A DNA stretch of 62,936 nucleotides, counting the filler, from Collodictyon triciliatum (Eukaryota), in assembly GCA_043381765.1 (NCBI GenBank). It is 8 parts of 8 records of this genome, joined end to end, with 100 filler letters (N's around TTAATTAATTAA, not from the genome) between each part and the next. Parts side by side here need not be neighbours in the genome. Positions count along the whole stretch, not along the records: positions 18,328 to 27,389 come from JBHJMP010003180.1; positions 27,490 to 36,551 come from JBHJMP010003181.1; 6 more parts are not named here. One strand, 5' to 3'. The number at the start of each line of letters is the position of its first letter. Within the stretch, counting starts at the first letter, position 1. This document shows, in pieces, positions 21,961 through 34,058 of the stretch. The position numbers were made by a program, and so were the translations under genes. The notes below the pieces were generated by a model. That model made no database searches. It was given only the letters and a program-made list of their open reading frames with translations, and had not been told where the DNA came from.

Positions 21961-24900
21961 ATGCGGTTGCCAGGACTTCGACGTCCGCGGCTAGAATCGG
22001 TCTCTTTGACTCTCGTGTTGTTGTGTACACTTGTCGCGGTTAAAGCCGGCAATCTTAACAACGAGAGCAGGGACTCGCAGGTTCAAAGGGAAAGCATGCC
22101 CAGGAAACCCACGCCAGTAGCTTCGGGTGATCATACGAGGTGGGGATCTTTCTCGTTTTTGTATGCTGGGGTTATCTTGTTGTTCCTTCTCTTGTCCCAT
22201 TTTCTTTCTGTTTTTCATTTTCGTTCATGGTTTTGCTTTTCTTCATTTGCAAAGTTCAAAGTACTAATAGTTTAAGACTTACTTTGCTGGTTTTTTTTTG
22301 TTTGTTTATAAGTAGTGATTACACATATTTTAATGCAGCCTCGCTAAATCTTGAGGTTTCTTATTTGCATGAAGTTTATATGTCCCATTTTCACGAGTCC
22401 TTTCCCAGGAATTCATTTCATGAGTGCATACACGGTGAAATGATGAACCTTACGACAATAATCAACAGGCGACAAACCTATGAAAAGGTTGATGGTTATT
22501 TTTGCCAATAAACTGAGATTGTGCTACCTATGAGCGAAAAAGATAATATTCAAACACGAAGAAGGAAACAACTTAATATCGCAATTGATGTTTAAAGTGA
22601 TTATTTTCATCTCACCTCATTTTTTGGTCAATATTGCTTTTCCTTTCTTTTTTAAAACAAAATATTGAATACTATCTACGATCTTACTTTAGAAAAATCA
22701 AATTATATATTCAAATATTCTTTTATGCAACCAGGCTAGAATCGGTGCTCCTCTTACACCAGATACAACAGAGCCAATACGAATTCATTTCGACAAAGTT
22801 TTAATTCACTTTGCTTTCATTCTTTGAATAGGGCATCCACAAACCTGTCTTTATTTTAAAAATCGATATTTCATGAGAAACTGGGATTTGCTACAAATTA
22901 TATGTTCTTATGAATTTTTGAATGTCTTTATTTCTGAAGACATACCTAGACCCTACAAATGATATAAAGATGTCGTGTGCAAAGGCTGGGCAAACTTACT
23001 ACAATATCAAATTTAGCCAATACATGACATGCACAGGTGAATGCAGAGCTTGATGAACTAAATAATATGCAATATCTTTAGGGAGGCGGAATCACGACGT
23101 CGTCATTTTATGAATTATTATTAATGTTATTTGATACTATTTTAACACCTAGTTGATGATGTTGTAAATAACATTGGTGTGATTGATGATGTATTGCACG
23201 AAGGACAAAAGTTTTTTGCCAAAGCACTTCGAGTCAAGCCTATTGTATGGTTGGGTTAATGAAGAAGATATCACCGCATATTAATGATTAGTGCATAACA
23301 TGGAAGGAGATCTTCTAGTCAAAAAAATAATTTAATATAGCTCAATGGGGTATCTGTATCAACTTCGTCTCAATGCTCATTCTCCTATCCTTCGCAATCC
23401 AATTATCCAGATTCTGATCTTGTGTTGATGATATTTGGTAAGTGATTTTCTTCGAGCTTTCTTTCTTTTTGTATGAGATGAATGGTTGGAAAGCAAAGAA
23501 GTATCCCATCGCCATCATGTGTGAATGTCACGATGGTACATACTTTACTAGAACTTTATATTGAATTAGAAGATGAATCAAATTTTACCAATTCGATATA
23601 TTCATCGACAGCACGTCCAACAACAAATACCACACTCGCTTTTGCTTCTTATTGTGCGGTGGACCAAACACGTCGACCTGTTCTTGGTTACATAAATTTT
23701 GGGCCAGTGTGTTATTTTTCGCCTTGATACCCACAAGAATAGTTCTTCTATAACTGAATCCTAAAAAATAATTCATTCTGTGATCCTATTTGGACTACCT
23801 GGAGTATCATTTTTCTTCTCTAGTTGTGTAACCTAAACATTTATTTGCATTATTGCAGCGAACAATCAATGGGGCCAAAAAAGGAACGGATGACTACAGA
23901 AAGCTAATATATACCACAATTCATGAAATGACACACGCATTAGGATTTTCGATACCATCTTACTATGTAATGAAGCTCAACGGTCATATTTTATTACGAT
24001 ATTGTACATTTGTATCATCTCTATGCTATTAATCGCCAGATGAACGATATGAGAACTAACTAAATATGTATATATTCTAAAGGATTCAAATAATGACATG
24101 ATGGTGCCTACCCAACTCTTGGTTTATAATCCTTCAAAAAACCAACATGCATACATAACATTCCAGCAAGTTAGGCTGTATGGTAATCCTTTCTTTATCT
24201 CAAACGAAAGTCATTTTATGTTGTAACGTGTTCTAATTGTACACATATACGATCAAATATGCAATTTTTTGACATACTTAAATCAATTCGTACGAAGGAA
24301 CAAATAGAGTTATCTATGTGATGAATTCAGCGAATGTGAAATTAAAGGCTCAGGAGCTAATGGGTTGTTCTGTAATAATTACTATGTTTAATTGCTGTTT
24401 CGGTTAACACGAATTAAGAATCGTGCTGTATAGACACTACCAGGTGCAGCCATGGAAGATTCTGACCTTCCTGGAACAGGGGCAACTCACTGGGAAGAGA
24501 GATTATACATGAACGAAGCCATGACGGGTTTACAAATGTTACACTTACAATTTTTTCATCCTGGTTGACCATTCTTTTCCCTTCTTTTCCCAGTTTTTTT
24601 TTTTTTTTGGAAAATCATTTCTACCTGGTTCCCATGAAATTACATTCTGATTTTACTGCCTGATTACTTATAAGCGATTAATCCATCCAAAGGAACGCTG
24701 GATTATTTGGCACCAGCAAAGTTTTCGGCCCTCACATTGGCATTTTTTGCAGACACAGGTTGATGATTCTCTGTCTTATTCTTGATTATTATTCTTCTTT
24801 CTTTTTTATGACAGTTTGCTCCACTGCCTTTTTAATATATTTCCAAAGCGTTTCTGAACTAGAGCTCTCTTCCTCGGATAGGGTGGTATTCAGTGAACTA

Positions 24901-27281
24901 TGATGCAGGAGAAGATTTGGAATACGGGAAGGGGATGGGATGTGGTTTTTTTGAAACAAAATGCAGTGATTGGACAGGTTTTTTTTTTAAAAGAGACCTA
25001 GCAATATAATGAGGTCTTTAATAGTGATAAAGAAGAAACTATGCAACTTGATAGAGGTCAACTAGTCAGATTCTACAAAAAGATAAACAATATGTAAGCA
25101 ATATTTCCTTAACGATTTTCGTTTACATAAATATGCAGGTGGGTATAAATGTGATAAAATGAAAGGGTTATACTGCTCGGCTGATAGTCGGTACAAGTCT
25201 AGATGTTCGCTAAAAAATTATGGGTCAACCCTTCCGACGAAATTCCAGTATTTCACAGACAAGTCAATAGGAGGGCCCGAGTAATACTAATTTACTACGA
25301 CCATCACAAAAACGATTCAGTTTGCCTATTATATTATTAGGGCAACATTAGTTCATCATAACGATGTTTTCTTTTTTTTAAAAAAAAACCCATGATTTTT
25401 TGATCATAAAATTTTGTTTATCCTTTTTAAGCTCAACTACAGATTACTGCCCCATCCCATCACCTTATGAATCTTGCCAAGATACATCGAATCCTCCGTT
25501 TGAAGTTCAGCTCTATCGCAGCTATCGTGGTGAAAAATACTGCAGCAACTGTTATTGCTTCATGACAAACTCTGTGACCATCACAAATATATTTTCCGAG
25601 GGATATAATAGCGTGTATGCCAAACACTACACTGCCGCATCCATTCACAAATTTAAATCAATATTTTTTTCTATCTCACAAGCATAACTTGAAAAATTGA
25701 ACTAGAACATTCCAAAAAACGCCATTTGCATGTCATGAAGCAATGTGTGCAGGCCCAGACCGCCTTAAGGTATGACACACATATTTTATTTTTATTTTTA
25801 TTTTTATTTCTATTTCTATTTATTATTATTATTTTCATAATTCGATCACGTTGGAAGAAAAGTCCCTGTTGATTATGACATTTTTTTTATAGCTCACTTT
25901 ATATCTTCACTATTATTTGCAAAAAGAAATCACAATTTCTCTTAGATGTGGTTTAAAAGTCGATATAAAAAAAGGTTCGACCTGGTAAACAGACTCCTAT
26001 ATGGTATGACTGTCCATCAGGAGAAAAGATTCACATGTTTGGATATACAGGCCACCTCATTTGTCCAAACGTAACAAAATTAAATGAGTCTGCCATTTTT
26101 TTAAAATGTCTGTTAGCATGTTACTTTCTCTCCTCAAGTATTTCTACATCAAAATACTATGGTCCATACTATAACTTACCACATACCGTCCATGCATTCA
26201 CATTCAAGGCATCTTCAATATGCCACGGAGCTCCATTTCAACCAGATTGGCCGGTCATCACCTCTGTAAACCCAAAGTCATTCAGCGACAATGGAGGCGG
26301 TCTCTTTACCGTTCACGGTAATGTGGTTCCCTGAATATATCCTTTGTATAAAGTATTCATGTGTGTCAACATTAATACCGCTGAAAGTATTTATGAAAAC
26401 ATTATGCTGGATTAACACAGGAATCAAGCTAGGGGATATTAGCCACCTTCTTGTAGCGGACTCAAAGGCAACAATAAAAAAAGTTTGCAATTTGGAAAGA
26501 ATTTTTTTTATTATTGCTTGCAATTCTCTTATACATTCATATTTCCATATTTGATTGTATACTTTCAAAATATAATACTCTGTTTATTCTATTTAAACGC
26601 AGAAAAATGACACCATGATAATTGCTGTTGCGCCAGAAGTATATTCTCCGACTGGAGAAAGCTTTTACGCTCCTGTTGTTGCTGTGTTGGGCGATGATAA
26701 GCAGCGAACGGGACAGATATTTGACCAAGTGAGTGGGGTTTCATCAGACATAACCCCTTTTTGTTATATACATGTCGCATTTATTAATTAACTTTCTATC
26801 GCTTCAAAATCTCGCCCTGATTGTTACATACACACTTTTGACTCTCCCTGACATAGTACTATGTTCGCTATTCGTTTCAATTATTCCGCATCTTTGACAA
26901 GCTTGGAAAAGATTATCCGCTAGCGTTGTTTGGAGGTACGATGATATATTCCCTACAAACAAAAGCGATTCAACAAATAAACATCTATATAAATGAATAT
27001 AAGCCTACCATGAAGGAAAGAGACGCTGTGGTTATGTCACATTCTTTTATCTTGTTTCTAGCCGAGTTATGCAATCTTGTTATAAACGATACGATATATA
27101 ACACACACCGATAGGAATCATCACATCACTCGCACTCACCGCAGCCATTGGATTCTACGTTCGGTGGCGGATGCGCGTCATCCGCTCCCGCATCATCGAG
27201 ACCGTCAAGGAGATCCAGAAGAAACGCAAGATGATACGCGCTCGAAGCCAAAAACCGCAGCAACCCACAAACAAAACATAA
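21961..27281 (+). CDS. Leishmanolysin/GP63-like M8 metalloprotease with IPT/TIG domain, TM helix and basic tail
   Basis: Signal-like N-terminus (LTLVLLCTLVAVKAG), pro-peptide HECIH, RPVLGYINFGP, zinc motif IHEMTHALGF (about 23919-23948), GTGATHWEERLYMNEAMT, SALTLAFFADTGWY, Cys-rich region, PVITSVNPKSFSDNGGGLFTVHG (IPT-like), TM segment ending ...ALFGGIITSLALTAAIGFYV, stop TAA 27279-27281. Confidence 0.92.
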
Positions 27282-27489
27282 AACCGTATAATTCAACTGT
27301 TTTTCCCCTATTTTTTTTTTTTTTTTTTAAAAAAAAAAACCACAAAAAACACCAAAAAACACCCCCCCAACAAAAAAAAAAAAAAAAAANNNNNNNNNNN
27401 NNNNNNNNNNNNNNNNNNNNNNNNNNNNNNNNNTTAATTAATTAANNNNNNNNNNNNNNNNNNNNNNNNNNNNNNNNNNNNNNNNNNNN

Positions 27490-27619
27490 GATTACCGACT
27501 TCTTCTCCGCCACCCGGCCACCAAGTAGCGTCCATGCAAACGATGGCTAGCGAACCAAAGCCAACATCTTCACCATCCTGCACAAAATTGAAAGGAAGAA
27601 TAAAAAAAATAAAAAAAAA
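27490..27619 (+). mobile_element. Family-2 element 3' end (longest copy; contig starts inside it)
   Basis: ...AAGCCAACATCTTCACCATCCTGCACAAAATTGAAAGGAAGAATAAAAAAAATAAAAAAAAA shares its 3' part with the TSD-flanked copies at 29105 and 43534. How far the element extends 5' of about 27558 is inferred. Confidence 0.65.
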
Positions 27620-27814
27620 TCCTGCTCTTTCTCGCGCCCGTTTGCCACACCACCTAATGGCAATACGCTTTCTGTTCTCTGTGCGCACAACCGCACCGTT
27701 ATCTGTCGAGCAACTCCCGTTCTGTGTGACTTGTCAAGTGCCGTCACGAAACAAATTAACGGTGTGCAAAACACAGCCCCCAAACCCCACCCAAACCGCC
27801 CCACTTCTGACGCG

Positions 27815-28390
27815 ATGGCCGACGAGGCTGCGCTTCTAGAAGAGGTCCGAGAGATCGCCGGAAGTCGCGACATTGCCGCTTTAAAAAAGTCCACGTATCT
27901 GTCACTCGGATCTAAAAAACTGACGTCTGTACTGCGTGGAGTTTTTTTACTAACTCATCTGAAACAATTGCGTCTTGACGTAAATCGGCTGTCATCGCTT
28001 CCTTCGCAAATATCGCGTTTGGCTGGTCTCACTCGTCTCGATGTTGAGGGCAACCAGTTGTCATCGCTGCCTCCACAAATATCCTGTTTGATTGGTCTCG
28101 GATGGCTGAGTATTTGGAACAACCCAGTATGCTTTTTTATATTCATATATTATTCTATTTTTATGGATGTTGGAATACAAAGCGACTGAAATCGATACAC
28201 GCAGATGAAGGAGCTCCCACCACAAATCACAGCGCTCAAAAACCTGGATATTCTCTTCATCAAACTCTACGGCACACAGACCATAACGAGAACACCACGT
28301 GGCATCACAGCTCTTCCAGTATGGAACAACTCTGATCGATGGAACACGGATTACGAACACATCCGCGCACTGCAACTCTACGACCCCGTA

Positions 28391-28426
<36 letters not shown>

Positions 28427-31400
28427 GAGAAAAAGTATCTTAAACCCCAAAATTAAAACAGGAAGACGAAATCATGAAGCCGGGATGGACACCTAGCGAG
28501 GCATATATCCAGCTCCACTCGCTGAATTTCACCGGAAAAAATATCTCCGCGCTTCCCGCCAACATCACCCTCCTGGTGAATCTGAGGTCCATCGACGTCA
28601 GCCAGAACAAGGTGAGTGAAACGAAATCGCCGTAAAAAGCGTAAATCTCAATAATCGAACAATAACGAAATTGCGTACGTTTTGGCACTAACCACCTTTC
28701 TGCATGGTGGCCATGCGGCAATAATCGATGCTTCCAACGATAAGGTTTATTTTCCTTCATCTATATATATATTTTACCCATTTTATAATATTTTAGGATT
28801 AACCCCTTTTTAATTTATGAACAGTTATCCGCACTGCCAGCAAACATATTGATCTTGACGAATCTCACAAATCTCAGTATCAGTAACAACGAGGTACAAA
28901 AATGTTGAATTACATTTATGTAAAGTGTACACACTGGCCAATTGTAAATGACCTCTTTCTGACAAATAATTACTCACTATAGTTCGATGTATTACCCGCA
29001 GCCATCTGCACATTGAAGCTAATGGCCTCATTCGATATATCTACCAACCAGGTAATTAAATCGTTTTATCATTTTCTCTTTTCACTTATGAAATTAGACA
29101 TTCCCCCTCGGTCCTGCACAAAATTGAAAGGAAGAATAAAAAAAAATAAATGAAATTAGACATTCCTTAATTCATTTTTCCATTTTATTAGAATTTTGAG
29201 ATTAAACCCTCTTTAATTTATGAACAGTTATCCGCACTGCCAGCAAACATATCAAACTTGACCAATCTCACAAATCTAAGTATCAGTAACAACAAGGTAC
29301 AAATGTTGAAATACATTTATGTAAAATATACACACTGGCCAATTATAAATGACCTCTTTCTGACAAATAATAACTCATCATAGTTCGACGTATTGCCTGA
29401 AGTTATATGCACGTTAACGCTCATCGTATCACTCGATATGACCGCCAACCAGGTCATTAAATCCTTTTCATTTCTATTTTCCATTTTGCATTTTGCATTT
29501 TGCATTTTGCATTTTGCATTTTGTATTTTCCATTTTGCATTTTGCATTTTGCATTTTGTATTTTCCATTTTGCATTTTGTATTTTGTATTTTGTATTTTC
29601 ATTTATAAAAATAGACGTTCCTATTGGTTAATTCATTTTATTATAATCATGGGTTAATGTTTAAGTCTTTTTAATTGATCAACAGATATCCGCGTTGCCA
29701 GCGAGCGTTTCGAACTTGACGAATCTCACAAATATCAGCATCAGTAACAACAAGGTACGAATACTAGAATAGATAACATAATATACAGGTCAGCTCATCA
29801 TAAATGAGAGTGTTCTGACAACCACTAATTCTTCAAAGTTCGACGCATTGCCTGAAGGTATATGCACATTAACGCTCATCGCATCACTCGATATAAGCAC
29901 CAACCAGGTCATTAAATCATTTTTCATTTTCACTTTGATTTCCGCTTTCATTTCCACTTTGATTTTCACTTTGATTTTCAATTTGATTTCCACTTTGATT
30001 TTCAATTTGATTTTCATTTCCATTTTCCATTTTCCATCTTCCATCTTCCATCTTCCATCTTCCATCTTCCATCTTCCATCTTCCATCTTCCATCTTCCAT
30101 CTTCCATCTTCCATCTTCCATCTTCCATTTTCTATTTTCACTTATAAAAATGGGCGTTCCTATTAATTATCCATTTTATTATAATTATGGGTTTATGTTT
30201 AAGACTTTTTAATGAATCTGTAGATATTCACACTGCCAGCAAACATGTCGAACTTGAAGAAACTTACAAATCTCAGTATCAGCAACAACAAGGTACGAAT
30301 ACTTTGTGCTCGATTGTAACGGAATAATTTAAGAGTTTGAATCATACACAATGCGGAAGGCCTTTGATTTGCTTGCGGATTCATGCATCAGCCGTTGATA
30401 TTAAGGAACAAAACCTATCTTTAATTGACAGATATCCGCTTTGCCTGATTTGCGAGCGTTGACAAAGCTCAAAGTTCTGGACATGAAACAAAACGCTTTT
30501 CCGTCGCACATCCAACAAATTCTAGACTCAGTCAATCTCGCAAATAGTGATGGAATAAGTCTATCTGGACGAAAAATCATAGAAGTACCAAAAGAACTGT
30601 TCATGCTGCCTATCATACCTTACAAATTCGATATATCCGCCAACCAGGTAATTACACTCATTTTCATTATTTTAATTTTAATTTTAATTTTAATTTTAAT
30701 TTTAATTTTAATTTTAATTTTAATTTTAATTTTAATTTTAATTTTAATTTTAATTTTAATTTTCAGTTTCAGTTTCAGTTTCAGTTTCAGTTTCAGTTTC
30801 AGTTTCAGTTTCAGTTTCAGCCGCGGACATTACTACACTCTAATATTTTCTTTTTCTTTTCAGTAAGCTGCGTTTAAACCTAAGACTATTTGACCAACAA
30901 ACAAATAGATATCCACATTGCCAGCAAACATGTCGAACTTGACGAAACTCACAAATATCAGCATCGGCAACAACAAGGTATGAATAGTGGAATAATTAGT
31001 ATAATATATGATGGGTTATCATAAATGAAATGGTTCTGAAAAATACTTATTCTTCATAGTTCGACACTCTGCCCGCAGCCATCTGCTCATTGACACTCGT
31101 TGTATCACTCGATATATCCACCAACCAGGTGACTAAATCACTTTTTTCATTTGTCAAAAACAGGCATTATAAAATTCTAATCCATTTTTCTCAGGAAGGT
31201 TTGCGATTTAACTAAAGACTCTTTGATTAACAAACAAACAGATATCCACACTGCCAACATACTTATCGAACTTGACGAATCTCACAAATCTCAGCATCAG
31301 CAACAACAAGGTACGAATAGTGGAACACTTAATATAATATATAATGGGGTATCATAAATGAACTTGCCCTGAAACCCACTCTTTCTCAAAAGATTGACAC

Positions 31401-33974
31401 TCTACCCGCAGCCATCTGCATATTTACACTTATCGTATCACTCGATATATCCAACAACCAGGTAATTAAATCCTTTTTTTAATAAATAAAAAAAAAAACA
31501 GATACCCCTATATTTGTTAATCCATTTTATTAGAATTTTTTCGTTGTAATTAAACCCTCTTAAATTTATCAATAAATAGATATCCGAATTGCCAGCGAAC
31601 ATGTCGGACTTGAAGAAACTTACAAATCTCAGCATCACCAACAACAAGGTACATATACTTGATGCCTGATTAGGACCGAATAATTTAAGATTGATTGAAT
31701 AATACATCACTCAGCATGCCTTTGATATGCTTGTGGATTCATGTATCAGCCCTCGATATTAAGGAATAATACCTCCCTTCAATCAACAGATATCCAATTT
31801 GCCTGATTTGCGAGCGTTGACAAAGCTCAAAGTTCTGGGCACGAAGCAAAACGCTTTTCCATCACACACCCAGCAAGTTTTAGACTCAATCAATCTCGCA
31901 AATAGTGATGGAATAAGTCTATCTGGACGAAAAATCATAGAAGTACCAAGAGAACTGTTCATGCTGCCTATCATACCTTACAAATTCGATATATCCGCCA
32001 ACCAGGTAATTACACTCATTTTCATTTTTTTAATTTTCAGTTTCAGTTTCAGTTTCAGTTTCAGTTTCAGTCGCAGACATTACTACACTCTAATATTTTC
32101 TTTTTCTTTTCAGTAAGCTGCGTTTAAACCTAAGACTATTTGACCAACAAACAAATAGATATCCACATTGCCAGCAAACATGTCGAACTTGACGAAACTC
32201 ACAAATATCAGCATCGGCAACAACAAGGTACGAATAGTGGAACACTTAATATAATATATAATGGGGTATCATACATAAAATGGTTATGAAAAATACTTAT
32301 TCTTCATAGTTCGACACTCTGCCCGCAGCCATCTGCTCATTGACACTCGTTGTATCAATCGATATATCTACCAACCAGGTGACTAAATCAATTATTATTT
32401 TTTTAAAAAAAAAAAAAACCAGACATACCTATATTCGTTAATCCATTTAAGAGTAAATTTTGCATTTAAACTAAAAACTCTTTGATTAACAAACAAATAG
32501 ATATCCACATTGCCAGCAAACATGTCGAACTTGACGAAACTCACAAATATCAGCATCAGCAACAACAAGGTACGAATAGTGGAACACTTAGTATTTTTTT
32601 TCCTTTATTCGATTCAAAGTGTAGCGAGGTTATGCCATACTAGGAGGCGGGATGGGAGCGCATGAGAGAGAAGTGGAACACTTAATATAATATATAATGT
32701 GTTATCATACATAAAATGGTTCTGAAAAATACTTATTCTTCATAGTTCGACACTCTGCCCGCAGCCATATGCTCATTGACACTCATTGTATCACTCGATA
32801 TATCCACCAATCAGGTGACTAAAACACTTTTTTTCATTTGTCAAAAACATTTATATTTTCATTTTCATTTATATTTTCATTTAATTTATTTTATTAAGAT
32901 ATATATGCCTATATTCTTTAATGCGTTATTATATTATTTTTCGTAATTAAACCCTCTTAAATTTATCAATAAATAGATATCCGCATTGCCAGCAAACATA
33001 TCGAACTTGACGAATCTCACAAATCTCAGCATCAGCAACAACAAGGTACATATCATTTGATGCTCCATTGCGACAGAATAATTCAAGAGTGATTGAATCA
33101 TAAACAAACTACATGCCTTTGATACGCTTGCTTATTCGTGCTCCAGCCATGTATATGTTAAGGAATAATACCTCCCTTAAATCAACAGATATCCACTTTG
33201 CCTGATTTGCGAGCTTTGACAAAGCTCAAGGTGTTGGACACGAAGCAAAACCCTTTTCCATCACACACCCAACACATTTTAGACTCAATCAATCTCGCAA
33301 ATAGTGATGGAATAAGTCTATCTGGACGAAACATCATAGAAGTACCAAGAGAACTGTTCATGCTGCCTATCAAAGGATTGAACATCTCCAACAACCAGGT
33401 TTATTATGACACATGTATGAACAGGGGACCTGCTGCGCTAATCCATTTATTAGAATAATTGTATTTATACACTATAATTAATAACAATAAATAGATATCT
33501 GCATTGCCGGCAAACATGTCGAACCTGACGAGCCTTACAAATCTCAGCATCAGCAACAACAAGGTAAACACATATAGACATAGACATAAACATAAAATTT
33601 AGAATATGTTAGCATGATATTCAGATAGCCTATTGTACCTTATAAATTAACTGACAAATATGCGAGGATTTTAGTTCGACGCATTCCCCACAGTCATTTG
33701 CACATTGACCCTTATTGTGACCCTCAATGTTTCTGGAAATCAGGTTATAATATTACACAACATATATATTCAAAGCAATAGCAACTGACGAATCAACAAC
33801 AATGCATATATAGTAACCAAATACTCATTTAAACTCACGTATCGTACGAATCCAGATTTCACACATTCCAGATGCCATAGCAAACCTTGTAAATCTTCAA
33901 AACCTGGATGTATCCAACAACAAAGTCATTTTATTTCCATTATCTATTTTGATTAAATTATGTGGCCATATTTC

Positions 33975-34008
<34 letters not shown>

Positions 34009-34015
34009 AAAAAAA

Positions 34016-34058
<43 letters not shown>

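Larger units (their letters stand above)
28825..33924 (+). repeat. Tandem array of symmetric LRR exons (20 x 69 nt, 3 x 210-216 nt), duplicated together with their introns
   Basis: A exons start at 28825, 29228, 29686, 30224, 30909, 31242, 31580, 32159, 32501, 32977, 33495. B exons start at 28983, 29384, 29839, 31060, 31393, 32310, 32746, 33675. C exons are 30432-30647, 31790-32005, 33189-33398. D exon is 33856-33924. All are bounded by AG and GT in phase 0. Confidence 0.93.

Noticed and set aside
25104-25138. TTTCCTTAAC resembling a U12 branch site
   Set aside because: The donor of this intron is GTTTTT, not GTATCCTT/ATATCCTT. No convincing U12 or AT-AC intron was found among the introns examined.
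28676-28744. Possible decayed LRR exon ending ...TCCAACGATAAG|GT
   Set aside because: No AG acceptor at the expected 69-nt distance and a poor LRR match; cannot be supported.
28825-33563. Dense N-x-S/T sequons in A exons suggesting an extracellular LRR
   Set aside because: No signal peptide or TM segment lies between the LRRs and ROC; the sequons follow from the LTNL-type repeat consensus.
28825-33924. CRISPR-like repeat-spacer appearance
   Set aside because: The repeats are 69-nt protein-coding exons bounded by AG/GT, the spacers are homologous introns, and there are no cas genes.
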